A stretch of 64,000 nt of DNA from Phycisphaerales bacterium (lineage in GTDB: Bacteria; Planctomycetota; Phycisphaerae; SM23-33; FEN-1343), in NCBI GenBank assembly GCA_003171335.1, contig PMYD01000082.1:2518-66517 (forward strand), written 5' to 3'. Position 1 is the stretch's first letter. Each line of letters starts with the position of its first letter. The translations under genes and the position numbers were made by a program. Shown here piece by piece: positions 19,062 through 27,423 of the stretch. Under the pieces are notes generated by a model. It was given only the letters and a program-made list of their open reading frames with translations. It had not been told where the DNA came from and ran no database searches.

Positions 19062-19172
19062 ATCGCCCTACCGGGCTCCGACCTCTGGGGGCCTCGGTTT
19101 CCCCAGGCTCGGCCGGCGCTGCGCTTCGGCCAGCGCCAGGGGCTACTTTCAATCGCCCTGCGGGCTCCCGGA
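19062..19172. repeat. Inverted REP copy upstream of tnpA
   Basis: Reverse complement of the 18299 unit. Confidence 0.85.
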
Positions 19173-19233
19173 AGAACGCCCGAAGAACATAGTTCCTCAA
19201 CCTCCGCCATTCTCCAGGTTTTCATTTCTTGCT

Positions 19234-20607
19234 CTACCTCTGCCCGATCAACTTCTTCCATCCATCGCCAACAAATTGCATCGAGCCGTATTCGTCAGTC
19301 ACAACTGCAAAACCTGTACTTGCAAATATCATCATTGTGACCGGGCGTCTCTTCTCCTGGCCTGTCGGGTTTGGCATCTCAATCCGCAATACGTGTGGCG
19401 CTAAGCCAGGAAAAGGTTTTCCTAACCCCCCAATTGCAACAGAAGACGATTCGAGCGCTTCAATCAGCAAAGACACATCGCCTTTCCATACTGCATCGTA
19501 AGCCTGATCAATCACCAGAGCAGAATGAGAATCGAGCATGCTCACTATCGCTGTGACTCGGCTTTGCAAAGAAGGAGATGAGAATGCTGGATTACTAGCC
19601 GGCTGCGATGTGATATGCCGGGCCGGCGCGGAGGCCGCCGCGGCAGGCAGGAAGGTCAGCTCCAGCCGCAGCGTGTCGGCGGGAAATGCGCCGGGCGGGC
19701 TGGGCGGGGTTTGGAGCGTGGCGCAGATCGGCGTGGTCCGCTGGTAGAGGAAGGCCTTGTGCGTGGCGGGGTCCACATCAAGCGGCGAGAGCTTGGCCCC
19801 CTCCAGCGATTCAGGCAACTGGCCCGTGGCGGCCACGCGGCTGTGCAGGGCCTCGGCCACGGCGAGCAGGCGGGCAAGCTGGGATGCCCCGATGCTGAAA
19901 CGCAAGGGCGATTCGAGCGTCGCCTTGGGCGCGGCCGGCTCGGCCTTGATCCCCGCGGAGATATCCGCCAGGGGTGCGGGCAATTCCTCCAGCGCGGCCC
20001 CAAGGGATGGACAGCCGGGGGTCTGCATCATGGGTTCAACCGTTTCTAGAGCCAGAAGCAGCAGCCGCACGCCCACCACGGCCTCGATCAGCCGGTCGGA
20101 TCGCGCCACGTTACAGCCCATGGCCATCACCGCGCCAATGGAGGTGGCGGCGGGGCCGAACTGCCCGCGGGCGATCTGCAGCCGCGCCCGTAGCACCTCC
20201 AGCCGGGCCAGCGTGCGGCCGGCGTCGATGAAATTGGAATCCAGTTGCGTCAAGTCGCACTTGCCGCAGTGCGCGGACTCTTCCAGCAGTTTTAGCGCGC
20301 TAGCGTACTTCGCCAGCACGGTCTCCAGCTCCTGCACCGGCAGCTTTTCCAGTGGCATGCCCAGCCACGCGTAGACCCGCGGATCGATCTCCTTGGGCAG
20401 CGCATCGGTCGCCTGCGTGTACAGCCGGGCGGCATCGGCGTTGGGGTCGGTCTTGGCCGGCAGGAAATGGATGCCTTCCTTGGGCGCCGGCCCCGGCGGC
20501 GGCAAGGTCAGCCGCATCACCCGCGGCTCTTGGCCCTGGGCGGCTGCAGCCCCGCAGACGAATAGAAGAACGCCCATCACGCCCGCGAAAGAAAGAGTTG
20601 TCCGCAT
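19234..20607 (-). CDS. Exported hypothetical protein
   Basis: Signal peptide, AGGAG RBS, helical domain with DPAT.KAFLY; lower-GC C-terminal segment. Confidence 0.7.
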   Translation of the reverse strand: MRTTLSFAGVMGVLLFVCGAAAAQGQEPRVMRLTLPPPGPAPKEGIHFLPAKTDPNADAARLYTQATDALPKEIDPRVYAWLGMPLEKLPVQELETVLAKYASALKLLEESAHCGKCDLTQLDSNFIDAGRTLARLEVLRARLQIARGQFGPAATSIGAVMAMGCNVARSDRLIEAVVGVRLLLLALETVEPMMQTPGCPSLGAALEELPAPLADISAGIKAEPAAPKATLESPLRFSIGASQLARLLAVAEALHSRVAATGQLPESLEGAKLSPLDVDPATHKAFLYQRTTPICATLQTPPSPPGAFPADTLRLELTFLPAAAASAPARHITSQPASNPAFSSPSLQSRVTAIVSMLDSHSALVIDQAYDAVWKGDVSLLIEALESSSVAIGGLGKPFPGLAPHVLRIEMPNPTGQEKRRPVTMMIFASTGFAVVTDEYGSMQFVGDGWKKLIGQR

Positions 20608-20887
20608 TGTTTTCTCCTGATGAAACGCCCCGCCCGCACCGGCGGCCGTACATCAAGGATGCGCCGAGCGCGGGAGAGTTGCAAACTCGGGACAAAAAAA
20701 TCCCGGAATTCCTCTAGGCGCCGACCGGAAAGCGCTGTAGGATAGCCACGGTCATTTAATGAAGTATACGGAGTTCTATTCGTGGCTATGAAGCGTATGG
20801 TTCGTTTCTTTGTAACATAAAGACAGTGAAGCCTTGGGAGCAGCGTGCGCCCAGAGGAAAAGAGGCATTGGAAGGGAGAAAACTCAT

Positions 20888-22156
20888 ATGTCATTAGAAT
20901 CGCTGATGTTAAAGCACATTCGCCTGGATGGCGACACGCAGACGCGTGTGAAGATGTCGGACAAGCTGATTGATGAATACGCCCGCCAGATGGCGGAAGG
21001 GGACGACTTTCCGCCCCTGGCGGTCATGTTCGATGGTGTGGACCACTGGCTGTACGACGGTTTTCACCGGTACTACGCCGCCGTGCAGCTTGGCCGCGAG
21101 CGATTGCCGGTCGAGGTGAAGGAGGGCACGCGGGAGGATGCCATCTGGGAGTCGCTGGGGGCAAATAAGACACACGGACTGAGGTTCACCTCAAAGGACA
21201 AGGCCAAGGCGATACGTAAGGCCTTGGAAAATTGGACAGATAGGACGGATGGCTACATCGCCAAGCACATAGGAGTTGACGAGAAGACCGTGAAGAAATA
21301 TCATCTGGAGCGGATTTCACGTCCGGAAATTCCGGACGTGAACCCCCGCCCAGATGCCTCAACTGAGGAATTTCCGCAGTTCGAGTTCGATGGAAGGCCC
21401 TCACGTCCGGGAATTCCGGACGTGAACCGCCGGCCAAATGCCTCAACTGAGGAATTTCCGCAGTTCGCGGTCGATGGAAGGCCTTCACGTCCGGAAATTC
21501 CGGACGTGGACCCCCGCCCAAGTACCTCAACTGAGGAATTTCCGCAGTTGGCGGTCGATGGAAGGCCTTCACGTCCGGAATTTCCGGACGTGACTCACGC
21601 GGAGAAATCCCCAACTGCGGAAATTCCGCAGTTGACCCGGCGTCTTGGGGCTGACGGCAAGTGGTACAAGCCTCGAAACAAACCCATCATCGGCCCGGAT
21701 CGCCGGCCGGCGCCGCCCGAGCCGGGGGCTCTGGCCAAGGAGCCGCCCGAGCGGGACATGCTTGGCCGGCCGTTTGAAGGCCCGCACGCCGAGCGGATGC
21801 GGCAGGTGTTCTCGTTTCAGCCGCGGATTGCCCAGCAGGTGCATCTCTTGGGCAGCCTGGGCGGTTTCATGCGCGACATGGCCGGCGATGGGCACCTAGT
21901 GTACGGGAAGATCGACCTGCCGCGTTTTCACGCTGGGCTCCGCCGGGCCATGAGCGCCCTCATGCGGATCTGCCCGCACATCATCTGCCCGCGCTGCCGC
22001 GGAGCCGGCTGCCAAGTCTGCCGCGGCTGGGGCTGGATTGATCAATGGGGCTGGCTCTCCTACGGCCGGCGGGGGCGAGTTGGTCCAGCTCAAGAAAACG
22101 GCGAACACGAAGACCACGAAGATCACAAAGAGCACAAAGAAAGGCCAAGAGAATGA
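20888..22156 (+). CDS. ParB/Srx N-terminal domain + HTH protein with internal palindromic repeat array and C-terminal CxxCxGxG zinc finger
   Basis: TQTR..IDEYA..FPPL..LYDGFHRYYAA..AN.THG; HTH TDGYIAKHIGVDEKTVKKY; RRLGADGKWY; CPRCRGAGCQVCRGWG. Confidence 0.85.
   Translation: MSLESLMLKHIRLDGDTQTRVKMSDKLIDEYARQMAEGDDFPPLAVMFDGVDHWLYDGFHRYYAAVQLGRERLPVEVKEGTREDAIWESLGANKTHGLRFTSKDKAKAIRKALENWTDRTDGYIAKHIGVDEKTVKKYHLERISRPEIPDVNPRPDASTEEFPQFEFDGRPSRPGIPDVNRRPNASTEEFPQFAVDGRPSRPEIPDVDPRPSTSTEEFPQLAVDGRPSRPEFPDVTHAEKSPTAEIPQLTRRLGADGKWYKPRNKPIIGPDRRPAPPEPGALAKEPPERDMLGRPFEGPHAERMRQVFSFQPRIAQQVHLLGSLGGFMRDMAGDGHLVYGKIDLPRFHAGLRRAMSALMRICPHIICPRCRGAGCQVCRGWGWIDQWGWLSYGRRGRVGPAQENGEHEDHEDHKEHKERPRE
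21316..21634. repeat. Eight ~23-27-bp palindromes at 42-bp spacing (84-bp tandem unit x4) inside the ParB-like gene
   Basis: Alternating CACGTCCGGAAATTCCGGACGTG and CAACTG(A/C)GGAAWTTCCGCAGTT. Confidence 0.95.
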
Positions 22157-22233
22157 GGTTTTTTGGCATTCTCTTATCCCTGCCCTTGTTTTTCTTCCTT
22201 CGTGCCCTTCGTGATCTTTGTGGTCTTTGTGGT
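22103..22233. repeat. CACAAAG-family inverted repeat overlapping the 3' end of the ParB-like gene
   Basis: Left arm encodes EHEDHEDHKEHKE. Confidence 0.85.
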
Positions 22234-22310
22234 TGGCCTTTCTTTGCGGCGGCGGCTGCCATGACGAACAGGCCTTGGGTTTTCGACCCGAATCGTCCAT
22301 GATATTCATC

Positions 22311-23132
22311 ATGCAATACCTGTGGCTGGTACCCCTGGGCGTCTTCATCGGCGCGTTCGGCACGCTGATTGGCGCTGGCGGCGGGTTTATGCTCGTGCCG
22401 ATCCTGCTGCTGGTGTACCCGCAGGAGCAGCCCGCCACGCTGACGGCCATCTCGCTGGGCGTGGTGTGCTTCAACGCCACCAGCGGGTCCATCTCGTACG
22501 CGCGGATGGGGCGGGTGGATTTTCGCTCGGGCCTGTTGTTCCTGCTGACGGGCATTCCCGGGGCGATCGCCGGTGCGTATCTCGTGCACTACATCCCCCG
22601 GCACACGTTTGAAGTGGTTTTCGGCTGCCTGATGGTGGCGGCCGGGGCGTTCATTTTCTTCCGCAGCTATGGGCCGCACGAGCGAACCCGGGCCGGGCAG
22701 ATGGGGTTTCATCGCGAGCTGATCGACGCCGAGGGCCATAGGCACGAGTGGTCGTACAACCTGGCGGCGGGCATGACGCTCAGCGCGTTTGTGGGCCTGG
22801 CCTCCAGCATCCTGGGCATCGGCGGGGGCATCATTCACGTGCCGGCGATGGTGAGCCTGCTGAATTTCCCCGTGCATTTCGCCACGGCCACCAGCCATTT
22901 CATCCTGGCGGCCATGTCGCTGGCCGGCACCATCGAGCACATCGCCGATGGCACGTTGGGCCGGCCGCAGGCGGCCCGCCTCGTGGCGATAGGCCTGGGT
23001 GCGATGGTCGGGGCGCAAATCGGGGCGCGGCTGTCGCGGCGGATTCACGGCCGCTGGATCATGAAGAGCCTGGCCGTGGCGCTGGGTCTGGTCGGCGTGC
23101 GGATTCTCGTGGCGGCGGCGATGAGCCGCTAG
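22311..23132 (+). CDS. TauE/SafE (sulfite exporter family) membrane protein
   Basis: GTLIGAGGGFMLVP and SILGIGGGIIHVP, ATATSHF. Confidence 0.9.
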   Translation: MQYLWLVPLGVFIGAFGTLIGAGGGFMLVPILLLVYPQEQPATLTAISLGVVCFNATSGSISYARMGRVDFRSGLLFLLTGIPGAIAGAYLVHYIPRHTFEVVFGCLMVAAGAFIFFRSYGPHERTRAGQMGFHRELIDAEGHRHEWSYNLAAGMTLSAFVGLASSILGIGGGIIHVPAMVSLLNFPVHFATATSHFILAAMSLAGTIEHIADGTLGRPQAARLVAIGLGAMVGAQIGARLSRRIHGRWIMKSLAVALGLVGVRILVAAAMSR

Positions 23133-23240
23133 GCTGTAGACTATAGACTGTAGGCTGTAGGCTGTAGGAACGACCGGAGCGAGCGGACTTGCTTCTTCCG
23201 CAGTGCCTCCGCCTAAAGCCTACAGCCTATAGCCTGCCTA
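23130..23240. repeat. GCTGTAG/CTACAGC heptamer inverted repeat element
   Basis: Copies at 45220-45367, 46445-46565, 55045-55065. Confidence 0.85.
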
Positions 23241-23582
23241 GTAGTTGTAATTAAACGGCTCGGGCTCGCTGTTGGACTCCACGACGGCGCGTTCCAGCCA
23301 CATGCGGGCGCGGTCGTGGGCCGGGTCGGAGTCCAGGCAGGAGCGGTAGTAGAAGATGGCCTGCGGCAGGTTGCCTTCCTTGTGGGCGATGCGGCCCATG
23401 GCGTAGAACGCCTCGGCCTCATCGGGGTAATAGTACAGCGTGCGCTGGAAGGTGGCCTTGGCCTGCTCGGCGCGGCCGGCGATGAACTGATTCTTGCCCG
23501 TTTCGAGCAGTTCCTGGCGCGAAGGCGCGCAGCCCATCATCAGACCGGCCAGCACAGCCGCGGCGAGTATCGCTTTGCCCAT
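23238..23582 (-). CDS. TPR lipoprotein
   Basis: Lipobox-like LMMGC; TPR helices AEAFYAMG..AIFYYRSCLDSDP. Confidence 0.8.
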   Translation of the reverse strand: MGKAILAAAVLAGLMMGCAPSRQELLETGKNQFIAGRAEQAKATFQRTLYYYPDEAEAFYAMGRIAHKEGNLPQAIFYYRSCLDSDPAHDRARMWLERAVVESNSEPEPFNYNY

Positions 23583-23816
23583 TGATGCATCCTTTCCTGC
23601 CTCCAGGAGGCCTGAGGCCTCCTGTGTCCCTTTTGCTCTGCCTTCCGATTGGCGAGAACGTCTTGCCTCAGGCCAGAAAGTAGAAAGTAGACCGCAGGAG
23701 GCAACTGCACTATTGCGGCGCCGGCGGCGGGGCAATTCCGGCCGTCTGCTCTACTCTCTCCTTTCCGCTTTCTCCTGCTCTAGCTCGCTGCCGAGCAGCG
23801 AGCTAACATAGTACCG

Positions 23817-24233
23817 ATGGAATGTCCGTTTGTCATCCAATTCCACGCCAGCCCGCGCGGAGATCATTTTGACCTGATGATCGCCCAAGGCAAGACCCTG
23901 GCCACGTTTGAATTGCCCTGCCCGCCGGCCAAGCTGGCGCGGGGTGAGCCGCTGCTCATCCGCCGGCTGGCCGATCACCGGATGGACTATCTCACCTACG
24001 AGGGCGAAATCTCCGGCGGCCGGGGAAGCTGCCGCATCGTCGATCGCGGGCTGGCCGTGGGCGAATTTGAGGGGCCGCGCTGGCAGTTCGAGCTGCGCGG
24101 GCAGGGGGAAAGTTCAAGCTTCAGCCTGGAATCGCTGGCCGATGGGCAGTGGCGGCTGGTCAAGCTCAAAGAATCAACCACAGAGGACACAGAGGAAGAA
24201 GAGAGTAACGGCCAAAGAAAAAGCGCGGACTGA
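23817..24233 (+). CDS. Stand-alone LigD N-terminal 3'-phosphoesterase-like domain protein
   Basis: FVIQFH..HFDL, DHRMDYLTYEGEI..G.G...IVDRG. Confidence 0.8.
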   Translation: MECPFVIQFHASPRGDHFDLMIAQGKTLATFELPCPPAKLARGEPLLIRRLADHRMDYLTYEGEISGGRGSCRIVDRGLAVGEFEGPRWQFELRGQGESSSFSLESLADGQWRLVKLKESTTEDTEEEESNGQRKSAD

Positions 24234-24521
24234 GAGACCACAGAGCCTGGGGAGAGAACGCAGAGAGGAAAAGCACGGTGACGGCCGAACGCAGGGTGCA
24301 AAGGCACGGTGACGGCCAAAAGAGCCGGCTGCCGCCATGACGACAACGCTCTTGACGACCCTCCGAAGCCGCCATGTCCTCCTCTGGGGCCGTTTCTTTT
24401 CCAGCCGTTCCTCTCTCTTTACCCCGTGTCCTCTGGCTGCCTTTTCTTCCTCCGTGCTCTCTCTATCCGGCCGTTTCTTCTCCGGCCGTCACTCTCTTTT
24501 CCTCTGTGTCCTCTGTGGTTG
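24175..24521. repeat. Long CACAGAG-family inverted repeat element
   Basis: CAACCACAGAGGACACAGAGGAAGAAGAGAGTAACGGCC with reverse complement; second copy at 25507-25788. Confidence 0.85.
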
Positions 24522-24536
24522 CCTTTTCTTCGTTTT

Positions 24537-25466
24537 TCATTCTGTCGCGCCCGGTCTATCCAACGCCGCCAGCTCCAGCGTGCAGCGGCCCTCTTCCAGC
24601 GTGATGCGGCGGATGCGGACGTTGCCGAAATGCTGGCGGATATCGAGCGAGACGGGTTTGCCATCCAGGGCGGCGGCGATGCCGGTGGCGGCGCGGCCAA
24701 AGATGGCGATCGCCTCCTGGCCGCCGCTGGCAGGCGCGGCGCTCAGGCGGCCGGCCTGGTCCCGGAGGCGGCGGATGAGCTGGGCCTTGTACTGCCGCAG
24801 CGCGGCCTCGGGCAGGGGAATGCGGCCGATGCGGGCGGAATCGATCTGCACGGTCATCTGCCCCATGTCATCGAAATTCAGCGACACATCCACGCCCACC
24901 ACCGCGGCCAGCCGGTCCAGCCGGCCGTAGAAGGTCAGCCGGCCGGGGCCAAAGGCGATCGCCGGCTGGCTGAGCCCCTGGGCCGCCAGCGGGCCGGCCA
25001 CCTGGCCGGAGGCGGCCGAAAGCCACTGGTTCACTTCCTCCTGGGTAATCGTAAACGTGCCGGCGACCGGCGCGGCCGGATCGGGTGCGGCATCGACGGC
25101 GGAGGTGGATACGGTCGAGCCATTCGCGGCCGATGTGGCACGGCCGCCCTCGGCCGTGGAGCTCAAATTGGCCTCGGCACAGCCGGGGTCGGCTGTGCCA
25201 CTCCCGGAGGCGGCGTGCGGGTGGTGCGCGCGGCCGGCCTGGCGCGGGTCCCAGCTACCCACCTCGCCAGCCAGCGAGCCGAATTGGAACAGCCGCTGGT
25301 TCATCGCCTGTCGCACCAGGTCGCGGTCTTCCAGGCTCAGCAGGATGGGCGTGTAGTCGTGCGGCTGGCCGCTGGCCTCCAGGTACAGCAGCACGCCGGC
25401 CACCACGAGCGCTGTCAGCAGGCCGGCGGTGGACCACAGGATGATGCGTCGGGTTCGTTTTTCCAT
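24537..25466 (-). CDS. Membrane-anchored hypothetical protein
   Basis: N-terminal TM; ITQEEVNQWL..ARIGRIPLP pattern; GC-rich codon usage. Confidence 0.65.
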   Translation of the reverse strand: MEKRTRRIILWSTAGLLTALVVAGVLLYLEASGQPHDYTPILLSLEDRDLVRQAMNQRLFQFGSLAGEVGSWDPRQAGRAHHPHAASGSGTADPGCAEANLSSTAEGGRATSAANGSTVSTSAVDAAPDPAAPVAGTFTITQEEVNQWLSAASGQVAGPLAAQGLSQPAIAFGPGRLTFYGRLDRLAAVVGVDVSLNFDDMGQMTVQIDSARIGRIPLPEAALRQYKAQLIRRLRDQAGRLSAAPASGGQEAIAIFGRAATGIAAALDGKPVSLDIRQHFGNVRIRRITLEEGRCTLELAALDRPGATE

Positions 25467-25506
25467 GAGGTACCGGCCGGCGATTGTACCGCGGCGGAGG
25501 GGGATA

Positions 25507-25788
25507 AGAAAAAGCAACCACAGAGCTCACAAAGAGAAAAAGAGAGTAACGGCCGGAAGAAAGACCGGAGTGAGAGAACACAGAGAAAAAGGGGAAAGGC
25601 AACCACTGAGTTCACAAAGTGAGAAGAGAGCAAGAGGCCGCAAAAAAAGACCGGATTGGGAGAACATAGAGACCGAAGGAGCAAGCCTCCGCGTTCTCAT
25701 GCTGGCCTCCGTGTGCTCCTAGTCCGGCAGTTTGCTTTTCCGGCCGTTACTCTCTTCCTCCTCCGTGTCCTCTGTGGTTGCTTTTCTT
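25507..25788. repeat. Long CACAGAG-family inverted repeat element
   Basis: Arms similar to the 24175-24521 element. Confidence 0.8.
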
Positions 25789-25916
25789 TCGTGCCGAACC
25801 GGAACGGCCCTTACAGCCGGCAAAGCCGGCATAAACGGACCACAAGGTGTCTGGCCGACCGGAATCGCCGGCCCGGATCGGCTGGCCAGGGGTAAAATCA
25901 CACCAGAGGACGAGAG

Positions 25917-26558
25917 ATGGAGTCGGACTTTTTCGCCATCCTGCAGTTGCGCCCAGGCCGCTACCAGAGGGACGCAATCGATCGGCAGTACCGGTCGGTG
26001 AAGCGGCAAATCCTGCGCCTCGGCGGCCCGGAGCGCCAGCGGCGGCTGGATGATGCCTTAATCGCCCGGTGCGTGCTGGCCAACAGCGGCCAGCAGGCGG
26101 CGCTGCTGCGCCGGCACATTGTTGCCATCCGCCGCCAGATACCGCGCGGGCCGGCCGCGATTGCGGTGCCCCGGCGCCGGCCAGTCCGACCAGCGATGGC
26201 GCCGCCGATCGGTGCGGCTGTCGGCGACGTTCATGCCCAATTCGCCCAGCGCGTAGCCGGGCAAATGGAGGATGGGCTGCTGCGCTTCACCGCCCGGCGG
26301 AGATTGCTGGAAGCGGCTGGCGAGTTGGGAATCGCGCCCTTTAAGGCGAACTTGATCATTGCCGAAGTCATTCATGAACGGCAAATTCCAAATCCCAAAT
26401 CCCAAATCCCAAACAAATTCCAAGCACCAAATTCCAAAACTCGGAATGAAGAACTCGCGGGTCGGCCGCACGGCGAGCATTACGGCCTGCGCCTCTTGAT
26501 CGCGCTGGTGCTTGCCACGGCCGGTGGCCTCGCGCTGACGGTCTGGTTGGTTCGATAA
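25917..26558 (+). CDS. Hypothetical protein with C-terminal TM and in-frame heptamer-repeat insertion
   Basis: LRFTARRRLL..A.ELGI.PFKANLIIAEV motif, then QIPNPKSQIPNKFQAPNSK, then TM. Confidence 0.65.
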   Translation: MESDFFAILQLRPGRYQRDAIDRQYRSVKRQILRLGGPERQRRLDDALIARCVLANSGQQAALLRRHIVAIRRQIPRGPAAIAVPRRRPVRPAMAPPIGAAVGDVHAQFAQRVAGQMEDGLLRFTARRRLLEAAGELGIAPFKANLIIAEVIHERQIPNPKSQIPNKFQAPNSKTRNEELAGRPHGEHYGLRLLIALVLATAGGLALTVWLVR

Positions 26559-26664
26559 ACGTCCCTTCTGCGGCAAGACCTGGATCTTTCCATGTGCGCG
26601 CTTCCTCGTTTGGTGCTTGGTGCTTGGGATTTGTTTGGGATTTGGAATTTGGGATTTGGGATTT
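26382..26664. repeat. AAATCCC heptamer element: left arm inside the CDS, right arm downstream of it
   Basis: Arms at 26382-26438 and 26609-26664. Confidence 0.85.
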
Positions 26665-26721
26665 CTTCTTCTCCCGCCCGCATTGACTCTGCTGGCGCAA
26701 GGCAGGTAGCATCTGGGCACC

Positions 26722-27297
26722 ATGATTGTCCTGATCGACAATTACGACAGCTTCACGTACAACCTGGTGCAGCGGATCGGCGAGCTGGAGGGCAGCCCCC
26801 CGGTGCAGGTTTTCCGCAACGATGCGGCCACGCCGCAGCAGGTCGAACAGGAATGCCAGCCGACGCACCTGATCATCTCGCCGGGGCCCTGCACGCCCAA
26901 TGAAGCCGGGCAGAGCATGGCGTTCATCCGCCATTTTCACGGCAAGATTCCCATCTTGGGCGTATGCCTGGGCCACCAGTGCATGGGCCAGGTCTTCGGC
27001 GGCAAGGTGGTGCGGGCCGGCCGGCTGATGCACGGCAAGACCAGCGAGATCCGCCACGACGGCAAGGGCGTGCTGGCGGACCTGCCCAACCCGTTCACCG
27101 CCACGCGCTATCACAGCCTGGTGGTGGACCCGGAAGGCCTGTCGGCGGACTTCGAGCAGACCGCTTGGACCACGGACCAGAACGAGCTGATGGGCATTCG
27201 CAGCCGCACATGCCCCACCGAAGGGGTGCAATTTCACCCTGAGAGCTTTCTGACCGATGTGGGCCCGCGGCTGTTGATGAATTTCATCCGGCAGTAG
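26722..27297 (+). CDS. trpG: Anthranilate/aminodeoxychorismate synthase component II (glutamine amidotransferase)
   Basis: IDNYDSFTYNL, SPGPCTP, GVCLGHQ, RYHSL, QFHPES; could equally be pabA. Confidence 0.92.
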   Translation: MIVLIDNYDSFTYNLVQRIGELEGSPPVQVFRNDAATPQQVEQECQPTHLIISPGPCTPNEAGQSMAFIRHFHGKIPILGVCLGHQCMGQVFGGKVVRAGRLMHGKTSEIRHDGKGVLADLPNPFTATRYHSLVVDPEGLSADFEQTAWTTDQNELMGIRSRTCPTEGVQFHPESFLTDVGPRLLMNFIRQ

Positions 27298-27360
27298 GCT
27301 GGGAATGCCGGCCGGGCAGAAGCGGCCCCAAACGAAAGCACGTGGTGATGTCCAAAAACA

Positions 27361-27408
27361 GCTTCCCGGCCGGGGCTTCAAGCGAAACCCCGGCCGGGAG
27401 CTTTTTTT
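27361..27408 (+). terminator. Rho-independent terminator between convergent genes
   Basis: CTTCCCGGCCGGGG...CCCCGGCCGGGAG followed by T6, with an A-run on the other side. Confidence 0.75.
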
Positions 27409-27423
27409 CAACTCCGATTCACC

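Noticed and set aside
21316-21634. CRISPR array
   Set aside because: In-frame within a CDS; linkers are short and repeated, not unique spacers
18531-22156. Prophage or IS605 element with tnpB
   Set aside because: No integrase, structural genes, tnpB or att-like repeats seen
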